A DNA stretch of 64,000 nucleotides from a virus. The notes beneath the pieces are model-generated. The model worked only from the letters and a program-made list of their open reading frames with translations. It had not been told where the DNA came from and did not search any database. Shown in pieces: positions 8,883-18,473 of the stretch. The translations under genes were made by a program, and so were the position numbers. The stretch lies in the IMG/VR virus record IMGVR_UViG_3300022661_000070; one strand, 5' to 3'. Positions within the stretch are counted from its first letter, which is position 1. Each line of letters opens with the position of its first letter.

Positions 8883-10733
8883 TTAATTGTCTAATTTTTC
8901 AATGATTCCTAGTGTTGTACAAAGTTGTAAGAACTCTGGTTTGTCTATTACTTCATGTGCATCTATATACTCTACTAAAGTTTTTAAGTTTTCAAATTCT
9001 CTTAGTTTTTTCAAGTTAAGTTTGATATCTCTTTCTTCTTTACATTCTGCACATGCTTTTATTTTTTCATAGTCCCTTTCATATGTATGGAATGAACCTG
9101 CAAAATGAGTATAAGTTCCATATTCTAATCCTAATAAATCTGCCATCCATTTTTGTAGTTCTGTAAAGTATATAATATCGAAAGTTAATCCAAACCAGAT
9201 ATCATTACTTCTCATTACTGCAGTTAAATCTACTTTACCGTCTCTTACAAAGAATTGTAATGATATAGTACAAGGTTCATCTTTAGTCTCAATTACATTT
9301 TCATTAGGTATATTTATATTTATTACTGCTCTTCTTGAATTAGGGTCTTGTTTTAGTAATTGAGCACATTTAACAAATTGATTAAAACCATGTCTTTTTT
9401 GAATTAAATAACCGTAAGCTGAGTTATTTCTTACTCCATCATCTGATATTCTTTTCCACATTGAACCGAATTTACCAATGAAATCACATCTGTCTATTCC
9501 TGCAAAATACCAAACTAGTTCTCCTATTACATAAGGTATGCTAGTATTTCTTGCTGATAATGTTATCAAATTGTTATCTATATCTTTCAATTGAAATAAC
9601 ATGTTGTTTATTTCTTTAGTTCCAGCTATTTCTCTTCCTTCAGTCAATAATCTCTTACAAAGATTAGAATAAAGTTTATTAATCTCTAACATTTTAGTCT
9701 TCTCCTTTGTTGTTTTATTATGCTCTTCATTCTTTTTATTTTCTTTCTCTGCTTCTATATAAGCTAATAATCCTCTAGCATCATTGTTTTCTATAAATTG
9801 CATATAAATTGGATTTTTAGTTTCTATCATCTTTCCTTCTTTTGCCAATTTATTCTTCATTGGAATCCATCTTATTTTAGCATTAAGTTCTCCCTTTTTA
9901 GATTCGAAAGCAACATTATCTCCCCACTCTTTATAAAGAGCCATAGAACGTTTTCCCCATATTAGCTCTCCTGTAGAAGCTACTGATACTCCAGGGGTCA
10001 TTGTTGGAGTTGCTGCTGTAAGATATCTTATTTGACAAGAGTTTAATCCAGCTTTTATTGCTTGTAGTGTAAAGTCATAGTCTTCCCATCCAAATCCTTC
10101 TCTATAGTTTACTCCTCTATCTAAACAAGCTTTTGCATCTATATAAATCAAGAAAGCTTGTCCTGCAGTATAAATTATATCAGGTAAAGTTCTTAAATCT
10201 TGACACCATACTCCATTGTCAAATATTATTCCACAGATATCTACTTTTTCTATAGCTTTATTCTTTATGATATATTGAAACATTCTAAAGAAATCTATTG
10301 GATTTAATTCTATCTTTTGAGCTTTATATTCTGTTGGTTTCTTTACTTGACATCCATGTATTGTATATGAAAATGAAGTTGCATCATCATCTAGTACAAA
10401 GAACTCTGGCATTCCAAGTTCAACCATTCTTTTATTTATGTAAGCTCTTTTTGGAGCTATCCCTCTAAATCCTTCACATAGTTCATAATGAATATGAGGG
10501 TACTCATCTATTATTGGCTTATATAGTTCAAACTCATCTTTATATATAAATAATATTACTCTTAATTCTGGATAGTTCTTTAACAATTGAAGAGTTGGTG
10601 CATTTATTCCTCTCTTATAAGATGGCACTACGATTGGTAATATTTGTGATGGTAATAATGCTCGTTTTGACTCTTCATAGTATTCAGTAGTCCATTGATT
10701 TAATCTTTCTACTTTTTCTTTCTTTTTAGCCAT
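8883..10733 (-). CDS. fusion: N-terminal GT-A/TAGT-like glycosyltransferase + C-terminal thymidylate synthase / dCMP hydroxymethylase-like domain
   Basis: N-term PIVVPSYKRG, APKRAYINKRM, FVLDDDATSF, FGWEDYDFTLQAI; C-term EPCTISLQFFVRDGKVDLTAVMRSNDIWFGLTFDI, SFHTYERDY. Asp in GLTFD at the ThyA Asn177 position. Confidence 0.85.
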   Translation of the reverse strand: MAKKKEKVERLNQWTTEYYEESKRALLPSQILPIVVPSYKRGINAPTLQLLKNYPELRVILFIYKDEFELYKPIIDEYPHIHYELCEGFRGIAPKRAYINKRMVELGMPEFFVLDDDATSFSYTIHGCQVKKPTEYKAQKIELNPIDFFRMFQYIIKNKAIEKVDICGIIFDNGVWCQDLRTLPDIIYTAGQAFLIYIDAKACLDRGVNYREGFGWEDYDFTLQAIKAGLNSCQIRYLTAATPTMTPGVSVASTGELIWGKRSMALYKEWGDNVAFESKKGELNAKIRWIPMKNKLAKEGKMIETKNPIYMQFIENNDARGLLAYIEAEKENKKNEEHNKTTKEKTKMLEINKLYSNLCKRLLTEGREIAGTKEINNMLFQLKDIDNNLITLSARNTSIPYVIGELVWYFAGIDRCDFIGKFGSMWKRISDDGVRNNSAYGYLIQKRHGFNQFVKCAQLLKQDPNSRRAVININIPNENVIETKDEPCTISLQFFVRDGKVDLTAVMRSNDIWFGLTFDIIYFTELQKWMADLLGLEYGTYTHFAGSFHTYERDYEKIKACAECKEERDIKLNLKKLREFENLKTLVEYIDAHEVIDKPEFLQLCTTLGIIEKLDN

Positions 10734-11247
10734 TCCTCAATTCCTCCTCATATTTCTTTATAAATGCTTCAAATGCTTCTATTTGATTACTTTCTTTTGA
10801 AATATCTAATGCATAAACATTTTTATATTTTCTTGATAAGTAAGAAGCACATGCTCTAAATAGTTCATTAATAGACTCTGCATTCTCTAGTACTTTGTCT
10901 ATATCTCCTCTTCTAAATAGTCTTTCTCTTAATGTGTTAAAGTCAGACGCATAAAATATGATAAATGGAATATGTTCTTTTTCACATCTTTCCATAATCA
11001 TTTCTTGTTCTAACATGTTTAGTTTTCTTTCTCTTCCATATATTGTTGGATAGACAACTTCTCCTAAGTTAAATCTATCATAAACAGTTGGAAATTCATA
11101 GTCTAATATACTCATATGATACTCTAAATCATTCTTAGTTTCAGAACTAGAATGTATCATATCAGTTTCATATTTCTTTTGAATATGTTCTACAAGTGTA
11201 GATTTACCAGCTCCATCTGGGCCTTCTAAAATAAATTTCTCAAACAT
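10726..11247 (-). CDS. deoxynucleoside monophosphate (thymidylate-type) kinase
   Basis: P-loop EGPDGAGKSTLVEHI; YDRFNLGEVVYP. Confidence 0.85.
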   Translation of the reverse strand: MFEKFILEGPDGAGKSTLVEHIQKKYETDMIHSSSETKNDLEYHMSILDYEFPTVYDRFNLGEVVYPTIYGRERKLNMLEQEMIMERCEKEHIPFIIFYASDFNTLRERLFRRGDIDKVLENAESINELFRACASYLSRKYKNVYALDISKESNQIEAFEAFIKKYEEELRNG

Positions 11248-11270
11248 CGATTTAATCCTCCCATTATATA

Positions 11271-11700
11271 TTATGTCTCTTCTTCTGATTTTTCAAGTGG
11301 ATTTCCGATTATTTAGCAAATAATCTACTCTAGCTACCATACTTTTTATCTGAGATATTCTCTTTTTATATTGTTTAGCTAGTACCGCATATGAATCTTC
11401 AGAATAGTTTCTGCTTTTTACATATGTATATACTCTTATTTTCTCTAGTAGTTTATATATTCTCTTTCTTGGAGGGAACTGTAATCTTTTATCTGCAAAT
11501 ATATCTACTAATTCTAATACCATAGCATCATCTTCTATTATGTTAAATAACACTTGAAACATATATGAAAAATCATCTGATAATAGTTTTATAAATATCT
11601 CTCTTTGTTCTGGAGTTATATTACTGAAAGTGACTAAACTCCCTACTGAAAAATCATCTTCTTCTATTTCTAAATCTATTTCCTCTTTAACGTCTGCCAT
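11271..11700 (-). CDS. hypothetical HTH-like protein; the last in-frame CGG gives an alternative C-terminus
   Basis: ORF 11293..11700 meets CGG at 11307..11305. A +1 shift changes NNRKST* to NNGNPLEKSEEET* ending at 11271. Confidence 0.5.
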
Positions 11701-12234
11701 AATACTTCTCCTAAGATAGCGTCTTGTATAAACTCTATCTTTTCCTCCTCTCTTTCTACTATTTCTCCGGAGTATATTCCCATGTCATTTAACTTTTGTC
11801 TTATCTTATTATCATAATCTCCGAACATGCTATATTTATTACAAATTCTTCTTACTACTTCTACGTCTATGTCATAATCATAAACTACATCCTCATCATA
11901 GTAGTACAGTTCTCCTCTTTGAGTTCCATCATTAGCTCTACAATAAGTTGACATCCATGCTGGACTTTGTAAAGTAGTTTCTATAGAGTCATGATTTTCT
12001 TTGTTTTGATGATACATGTAGTTAGTCATTGCATTTCTAATTCCTGTGTAAATATAAGTTCTTAAATTCCTATAAGGGTCGTAATTACCAGAGGCTAATA
12101 GTTCATAAGCTTTTAAATACCCGCTCTTGTTTTAAGTCTTGTTTTAAGTCTTCATTTGTGATATAATAAAAGTGAACTCTTAGGACTACTGATACTATAT
12201 TCTGTATCATGGCTTCAACTGAATTGTTAACCAT
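11676..12234 (-). CDS. sigma-70-like factor, requiring one +1 frameshift at CGG 12123..12121
   Basis: ATG 12234 opens MVNNSVEAMIQNIVSVVLRVHFYYITNEDLKQDLKQE-(CGG G); the +1 frame continues GYLKAYELLASGNYDPYRNLRTYIYTGIRNAMTNY, a region-2-like DLxQEGxxxAxxxxxxDP signature. Confidence 0.7.
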
Positions 12235-12243
12235 CTTTACCTC

Positions 12244-13275
12244 CTACACTTTCAATACAGCCAAGTCCTTAATTAAAATGTACATTGCTGCTTGGAATCT
12301 TTTGTCTGATGTGAACATATCATATATTACTTTTCTATTAAGTATATCTACTATAGCAAATATTTTATCTTTATACTTAGCAACTAAGAATGCTAAATAC
12401 TTATTAGTTGTTTGTGATGCTCCAATTCCTACTTTAAGTATGTCTAATATCATTTGCTCATAATCTTGTTTTAAAGTATAAAGCGGAAGCTTTTGTAATG
12501 CTCCTAAGATAGTATTTGCTGTAGCTAAATCTTTCTTAAGTATGTTTAATAGTAGTTTATAGTAAAGTTCTGAAGCTGATGGGACTGATTGTAGAAATAC
12601 TTCATCTCCTAAAAGTAAGTATTGGTCTAGTAACATATGAGCATCTCTTAAATGTCCTCCACATCTTTTTGTTATTAAATCTATAGTTTCTTCTGAAGGA
12701 CTTACTCCCTTCTTTTCAGCTATATTCAATATATTAGTTTTTATTTCTTGCTCACTTATTAAATTAAATCTTAGTTTTAAACTTCTACTGCAAATTGTTG
12801 GTAATAGTTTATCTATATGTGTAGTACATAATACAAAGAAAACTCCTGTATTTGACTCTTCTAATACTTTAAGTAAAGCTGATTGAGCTTGAGGAGTCAT
12901 TAGTTGAGCTTCATCTAGTACTATTACTTTATAACCTAAGTCCTTATCAAAGAAGAATGTATCTCTTAGAGATTTTATAGTTTCTACATTTCCTATAATA
13001 GCTGAATCAAATTCTTCATAAAATACTGTGTTATCTATGTTAGATTTACAGAAGTCACATTTCCCACAAGCATCTCCGTTTTTGCTGTGTTTACAATTTA
13101 AAGCTCTTGCTAATATTCTAGCACAAGTAGTTTTACCTGTTCCATATTCTCCTTGTAAGATAATAGTCTTTGGAGATTCTTCTGGATTTTTAATTATTGC
13201 TTTTAGTACATTCTTTACTAAATCTTGCCCAGCTACTTCTTCAAAAGTATGAGGTCTACATTCTTGAGTAATCAT
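12244..13275 (-). CDS. dnaX: DNA polymerase III gamma/tau-like clamp loader ATPase
   Basis: GEYGTGKTTCARILARALNC, zinc module CGKCDFC, VLDEAQLMTPQAQSALLKVLEE. Confidence 0.95.
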   Translation of the reverse strand: MITQECRPHTFEEVAGQDLVKNVLKAIIKNPEESPKTIILQGEYGTGKTTCARILARALNCKHSKNGDACGKCDFCKSNIDNTVFYEEFDSAIIGNVETIKSLRDTFFFDKDLGYKVIVLDEAQLMTPQAQSALLKVLEESNTGVFFVLCTTHIDKLLPTICSRSLKLRFNLISEQEIKTNILNIAEKKGVSPSEETIDLITKRCGGHLRDAHMLLDQYLLLGDEVFLQSVPSASELYYKLLLNILKKDLATANTILGALQKLPLYTLKQDYEQMILDILKVGIGASQTTNKYLAFLVAKYKDKIFAIVDILNRKVIYDMFTSDKRFQAAMYILIKDLAVLKV

Positions 13276-13516
13276 CTGTTCCCTCCATCATGTCTCTATA
13301 ACTATCTGAGTGTCTTCTACTAAGATAAGCTTCTCTATCACTAACTAAAGGACAGCTGTTTAAAAATGCTGGTAATATTGGATGAAATCCTCTATGATAA
13401 AGTTTCTTGTTTTGTTTAGTACATATATGAGGTTCTTTATTTTTAGTTTGCTCTTCCTCAGTAGTTTCTATATATTGACATTTATTACAATCTCTAATCA
13501 AAAAATCTTCTTTCAT
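13256..13516 (-). CDS. hypothetical Cys-containing protein
   Basis: 86 aa ORF with CNKCxY...C...C pattern. Confidence 0.55.
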   Translation of the reverse strand: MKEDFLIRDCNKCQYIETTEEEQTKNKEPHICTKQNKKLYHRGFHPILPAFLNSCPLVSDREAYLSRRHSDSYRDMMEGTDDYSRM

Positions 13517-13841
13517 TTATTCTCCTTCTGTAGCCTGTTATATCTACAAATTTTTCTGGTGAAACTATTAAGTTATGGTCTAGTAGTACTCCAAACAAGT
13601 ATTTATAATTTATATAGTTTGGTGAGTATATGAATATAAAGTTCTTATCAGTATTTCTTACTGTACAATAAGGTACAAACTCTTGTAGTGTAAACTCGTG
13701 TGTAAAAGTTATGAATCTTTTATCTAATAGAGTTAAGTGTATCTCTAATGAATTTCCATCTACTTGAAGTGTTTTAGACTTACTGTACTTAAATAATGTG
13801 TTTACATATACTTCTAATATATTTCTTTCGTCTTCTATCAT
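13494..13841 (-). CDS. hypothetical protein
   Basis: 115 aa ORF. Confidence 0.6.
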   Translation of the reverse strand: MIEDERNILEVYVNTLFKYSKSKTLQVDGNSLEIHLTLLDKRFITFTHEFTLQEFVPYCTVRNTDKNFIFIYSPNYINYKYLFGVLLDHNLIVSPEKFVDITGYRRRINERRFFD

Positions 13842-14029
13842 TCTCCTAATAGTTCCTTATTTATAAATTCTAGTAATAAATCTATTTGTCCTATTCTATT
13901 CAATGCTTGTGAAAATAATAACTCGTTAGTAATATTAGTTAAATTTGATTGTATTTCTTCTCTTTCTTTTTGTAATTGTTTTCTTTTTTCTAAAATATCA
14001 GTCTCTGTTGCTTTTATCACTATCAACAT
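13838..14029 (-). CDS. hypothetical small coiled protein
   Basis: 63 aa ORF with RBS. Confidence 0.5.
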   Translation of the reverse strand: MLIVIKATETDILEKRKQLQKEREEIQSNLTNITNELLFSQALNRIGQIDLLLEFINKELLGE

Positions 14030-14048
14030 CTCCTTTATAAATATTATG

Positions 14049-14726
14049 CTAATTTAATTGTGCTCTATAAAAGTTTTCTATATAATTTAAGTCATAATAT
14101 TTCTGCATCTCTAACTTAACAAGTTCTCCAGCATCCTTTAATCTTGAATCATGTTCTATTACTTTTACTCTAAAGTCATTCTTTAATTGTCTTAAAGCTT
14201 TCTTAGTTCCTATTCTTCCAGCATCATCATTATCTAGCATTAAATAAATCTTATTAGTTAATCCTCTCAATATGTTTATTTGAGATTCTGATAATGATGA
14301 AGTCATTATTCCTAATGTATTATGAAACATAGTTGCCATTTTATCTCTATCTAAATGTCCTTCTACTAATAGTATTGGTTGCCCATATTTAAAATCAGGG
14401 CTAAGTTGCCCTAACCCATAGAAAGTTGATTTAGTTATTCCAAGTTTCATGAACTCTTTTTCTCCAGTTAAATTTCTAAACACTATTGATATTACTTTAT
14501 TACCCATAAAGTTTGCAATCATCAATGCATTCTTATGAAATTTAATGTATTGTTTTATATATTCTGGAATGTTTAAATCTTTTCCTCTTACTAGAAGTTC
14601 TCCTGAAGATATAAGTCTATAATGATTTAAGTCATGTTTCTTTGCAAAATAGAGATACGGATTATTATTCGTATCTTCTATCTTTCTACCTAAATTAAAC
14701 AACTTTGTTATTTCTTCAATCTTCAT
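14049..14726 (-). CDS. DnaG-type primase TOPRIM-containing protein without zinc finger
   Basis: LLVEGHLDRDKM and LMLDNDDAG TOPRIM motifs. Confidence 0.8.
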   Translation of the reverse strand: MKIEEITKLFNLGRKIEDTNNNPYLYFAKKHDLNHYRLISSGELLVRGKDLNIPEYIKQYIKFHKNALMIANFMGNKVISIVFRNLTGEKEFMKLGITKSTFYGLGQLSPDFKYGQPILLVEGHLDRDKMATMFHNTLGIMTSSLSESQINILRGLTNKIYLMLDNDDAGRIGTKKALRQLKNDFRVKVIEHDSRLKDAGELVKLEMQKYYDLNYIENFYRAQLN

Positions 14727-15177
14727 TTTCTATTAATAAAAACCTTTCATCATAATCAAACTTTATTTTTCTTTGAGTGATGCTTTCTAAATCAACTGTT
14801 TTGTTAGCAATAATTTCTATATCTGTAAGTTCTTCATTTACTGAGGTATACCCTAAGCATGATTGATAATAGTCTAGCTTATTTCTATATGTAATTGCAG
14901 CTGCTGGAATAACTATAGTATCTCCAATATGAGTGTCATCATCTTTATACATCTGAAATTCATATTCTCTATTTTTATCACTAACAAAGAATTTGTAATA
15001 ATTATCATCTCCAGCTTTTTGTAAGCCATTTATTTTTACTACTATTCTATCTGCTATTACCCAATCCTTACCTGCTGTTGCAGCTACACCAGATTCTAAC
15101 TTCATTATAGGTGTAAATCTTTTATCATTATACATTCTTGGTGTTGTAAAATACTCTTTTCTTGCTCCTACTAACAT
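14716..15177 (-). CDS. hypothetical protein
   Basis: 153 aa ORF. Confidence 0.6.
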   Translation of the reverse strand: MLVGARKEYFTTPRMYNDKRFTPIMKLESGVAATAGKDWVIADRIVVKINGLQKAGDDNYYKFFVSDKNREYEFQMYKDDDTHIGDTIVIPAAAITYRNKLDYYQSCLGYTSVNEELTDIEIIANKTVDLESITQRKIKFDYDERFLLIENED

Positions 15178-15186
15178 TGAATCCTC

Positions 15187-16416
15187 CTAAGTTATATTCA
15201 TTAAAGCGGCTTTAACACCGTTCTTTTCTAATACTATGCTATAGTCTGTAAAAGCAATTCCTATCTTATCTGGATTGTCAAATGCATTTAATAGTTTCTT
15301 AAAAGGTTCTGCTTTTATAGATATAGGTTTTCTATATAAATAATCTGTCCTCTTGTCTATATTCAAGATAAATACTGAATCTCCTCTATTAGAAGATAAA
15401 GTTACTCTTAAGTCTTTATCTGAAAACTCAAAAGTTATAATTCCAGTAGAGTTTGGTAAGTTTACCGCTAAGCTAACTAATCTACTAATTCTATCATATT
15501 CTACCTCAGCTTCTACTTCTTTTAATATTCTATCTAATTGCGAAGACATCAGATTGGATTGAGAGGCATTTCCAGAGATAAATATATAATCTATATTAGC
15601 TATAGAAAGATATATTCTGTTTAAATTTGAAGTCATTTTATGCAATATCATTGTTTTATCTCTATAGTTCTTATTGTTGTATAATTTACTTATGAACTCT
15701 GCATCTCTGTTCTTTAATACTAAAGGTGGAGTTTTTACTTTAGACTCTAAATAGTAAAATGGAGATTGATAATAAGCTTTTTCTCCATCAAAAGATACTT
15801 TTCTAGAGTCTCCTCTGATTTCAGTATTCATTAAAGGTAGAGTAGAAGCTACTATTGAGCCTATATTCTCTAGCTTTAATTCAGCTAGTTTATCAGAAAG
15901 TTCTCCAGGAACTGATAATAATTTATCATCTGGTCTTCTTAAGTCTAAACATAAGTCTCCGTCTAATAGTCTTACATATAGATTATTCTCTTTAATGTAA
16001 AACAATACTTTATTTCCCATTAATCTTATTATCTTTTGAAGTGTTAATAATGAAATAGAGAATTTAGAGTCTATAGTTTCATTCATATCTCCTAATAGCT
16101 CTGCTTTGTATCTTAATAAAGATAATTCATTAGTAGCTAACATTATAAGTGTGTTAAATTCTCTTACTGGTACAAATGTTATTGAATTATAAACTATATT
16201 GTCTGATTTACTTAGTACTATCGAACTAGCTAAGTTCATAGCTTGTAGTAAATCCTCTCTATTAAATATTACGTAAGGAAATTCAGTACTTAAATCTATA
16301 TCACTGGTTGGCTCTGAATCTATAGTGTCTTCTAAATCTTCTGGAATGTTTACACTTTTAGCTTCTAATATAGAGTTCATCACATCTGCTAAGTTGTCTT
16401 CATTTACTTCTTCCAT
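15187..16416 (-). CDS. probable sliding clamp (DnaN-like)
   Basis: 409 aa, clamp-like C-terminal strands (GIITFEFSDKDLRVTLSSNRGDSVFILNID), in replication block. Confidence 0.5.
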   Translation of the reverse strand: MEEVNEDNLADVMNSILEAKSVNIPEDLEDTIDSEPTSDIDLSTEFPYVIFNREDLLQAMNLASSIVLSKSDNIVYNSITFVPVREFNTLIMLATNELSLLRYKAELLGDMNETIDSKFSISLLTLQKIIRLMGNKVLFYIKENNLYVRLLDGDLCLDLRRPDDKLLSVPGELSDKLAELKLENIGSIVASTLPLMNTEIRGDSRKVSFDGEKAYYQSPFYYLESKVKTPPLVLKNRDAEFISKLYNNKNYRDKTMILHKMTSNLNRIYLSIANIDYIFISGNASQSNLMSSQLDRILKEVEAEVEYDRISRLVSLAVNLPNSTGIITFEFSDKDLRVTLSSNRGDSVFILNIDKRTDYLYRKPISIKAEPFKKLLNAFDNPDKIGIAFTDYSIVLEKNGVKAALMNIT

Positions 16417-17264
16417 AGAAGTACCTCCTCTTCTTTTTCATGTGCTTTTATTCTTTTATTTTCTATTGATTTCCATCTAGCTGCTTTTTCTATATAAATA
16501 AAAGAAACATCACTAAAGTATTTATCTTCTAATTGGTTAAATACTTCTTCGTAAGCTATTATGTCTTTGTCTTCACATTTCCATTTTAAATAAGCGTAAA
16601 CGTGTATTCTTGGACTCCAATTGTCTCCAAAGTCTGATATGATTATATTAGTATTGTTTAGTTTACTTAGTTTTCTTTTTAAATCAAATAAAACTATTCT
16701 TCTATGTATATAATCTTTGAAAACTTCTTTATAGTGATACCAAGCTGTATCTAAGTGATAGATAAAAGCTCTAGATTTAGAAACCCAGCAATAAGGGTCT
16801 ACTTCACTAAATCCGCTATAATAGAAAGCTACGTGTCTATGTTTTTTCATAAACTTAAGCATTTGAACTGCTCCCCAGTCAGACCATATAGTTTCCCAAT
16901 CTTTATCAGTAGGTTTCATCATGTATCTAGACATTGGAACTCTTAATCCAGAGTTAGACGGTTTGAACTTATCTAATAATAGTTCAGCTTGTGTGAATAG
17001 AATTAGTTCTGCATCTTTGTATTCTGGTCCAAAGTATTCTAAGTTTACGTTGTCTCCTCTCCAAAAAGCAAATCTAAATCCTGGAATTTCTTTTATCTTA
17101 AACCAGCAAATAGAGTCTTTTGGATAGTCAAATACAAAGTAACCATTTCCAAACTTTATATCATAGAAGTGGAATCCAGTTTCTGATTTTAAATCTTCTA
17201 TAGCATCTAATATTAAATTCTTATTTGACATCTTCTTTGGTTTTGGGTATTTATCTTTACTCAT
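16404..17264 (-). CDS. hypothetical protein
   Basis: 286 aa ORF, Trp/Tyr-rich. Confidence 0.65.
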   Translation of the reverse strand: MSKDKYPKPKKMSNKNLILDAIEDLKSETGFHFYDIKFGNGYFVFDYPKDSICWFKIKEIPGFRFAFWRGDNVNLEYFGPEYKDAELILFTQAELLLDKFKPSNSGLRVPMSRYMMKPTDKDWETIWSDWGAVQMLKFMKKHRHVAFYYSGFSEVDPYCWVSKSRAFIYHLDTAWYHYKEVFKDYIHRRIVLFDLKRKLSKLNNTNIIISDFGDNWSPRIHVYAYLKWKCEDKDIIAYEEVFNQLEDKYFSDVSFIYIEKAARWKSIENKRIKAHEKEEEVLLWKK

Positions 17265-17285
17265 GTTCTTCTCCTTATATGAAAA

Positions 17286-17314
17286 TACACTCTAGCACTT
17301 TCGTATCTAGAGTG
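17286..17314 (-). terminator. hairpin candidate
   Basis: ACACTCTAG...CTAGAGTGT. Confidence 0.4.
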
Positions 17315-17335
17315 TATTTGATAGTCATTCTAATC

Positions 17336-17617
17336 TTATTTAAGTGCTTCTTTGATAGTTTTTCCAAAGTTGAATTTTGGAACATTTCTTTCAGGAACTA
17401 TTAATTCCTCGTTAGTTTTTGGATTTCTTCCTTTTCTAGCTGGTTTGTGTTTTGATTCATAGCTTCCGAATCCAGCTATTGTGATTTTTTCTCCAGCTTT
17501 TAAAGTTTCTGTAATTATTTCAGTCATTCCATTAAAAACTGTAGCTACTGTAGCTTTGTTTACATCAGTTCTTTCTGATATTGCTGTGATGAAATCTCCT
17601 TTGTTCATGATATACAC
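17336..17617 (-). CDS. hup: HU/IHF-family DNA-binding protein
   Basis: MNKGDFITAISERTDVNKATV...GFGSYESKHKPARKGRNPKT. Confidence 0.95.
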   Translation of the reverse strand: MYIMNKGDFITAISERTDVNKATVATVFNGMTEIITETLKAGEKITIAGFGSYESKHKPARKGRNPKTNEELIVPERNVPKFNFGKTIKEALK

Positions 17618-17626
17618 CTCCCTTTT

Positions 17627-17785
17627 TAATTTGCATTTATCATTTCTATTGTTATCTGGTCTTCCTTCAAGTTGTTTTCTGCTAAAAATGATTGTAAATT
17701 CTCTCTAGCTTCTTGCGAAGTAGGAGCTTTTAAAGTGTAAATATGATTTCCACTTTCGTTGCTATAATGTATTATGCACGTCATA
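17627..17785 (-). CDS. small hypothetical protein
   Basis: MTCIIHYSNESGNHIYTLKAPTSQEARENLQSFLAENNLKEDQITIEMINAN; RBS AGGAGGT; absent from ORF track because <60 aa. Confidence 0.5.
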
Positions 17786-17795
17786 TTTTACCTCC

Positions 17796-18110
17796 TTAAG
17801 AGTAAGATACTTTTAATGAAATAGGTCCTTCAGGTCTTTCTTTCTTATTGATAATAAATGCTATATGTACATCTTCTGCTACATTTGCTTCTGGCTTATA
17901 AAGCATATATCTAAAGAAAGTTCTGTTAAAATCCGACTCATCTGGGTCTATTTCTTTAATAGTTTTTCTGAATATAGGTTCCTCTTCCCATACATCATCT
18001 TCTTCAAAGAAAATTTCTATATAGTCTGAGTCTTTCAATTGAAAAGTCATTTCACAGAAATCTATACTCCTATTATCTATTATGTTCTTAATCTTATCTT
18101 TGATTAACAT
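17796..18110 (-). CDS. hypothetical protein
   Basis: 104 aa ORF. Confidence 0.55.
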   Translation of the reverse strand: MLIKDKIKNIIDNRSIDFCEMTFQLKDSDYIEIFFEEDDVWEEEPIFRKTIKEIDPDESDFNRTFFRYMLYKPEANVAEDVHIAFIINKKERPEGPISLKVSYS

Positions 18111-18472
18111 ATTTCCTCCGAGTTTAATATTTTAGTTATAGCTCTCAAGTTTATGTTTACATCTTCCTCAGTATCATAGATTAGAAATACTGTGCTATTA
18201 GGTAAATCTATGTCTATAGTCTTATCTATTCTTTGTCTTATATATCTAATGTGTTCTTTATTTATTAAAGCTGTAGAGTCCCTGTCTCCTATTATTAAGA
18301 AGTCAGGAACTAAAATATCTATTAGTTTTTCTTTTTGTTCTGAATTAGCTATTGCATCTATATGGAAATCTCTTTCATGTACATATATTTTTATTTTATC
18401 TTCTTCCATAGAGATATATTCTATTTCGTCTTTTCTAATTACTTTATTATCAATGCTTATAAACTCTTTCAT
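18104..18472 (-). CDS. hypothetical protein
   Basis: 122 aa ORF. Confidence 0.55.
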   Translation of the reverse strand: MKEFISIDNKVIRKDEIEYISMEEDKIKIYVHERDFHIDAIANSEQKEKLIDILVPDFLIIGDRDSTALINKEHIRYIRQRIDKTIDIDLPNSTVFLIYDTEEDVNINLRAITKILNSEEIC

Positions 18473-18473
18473 A

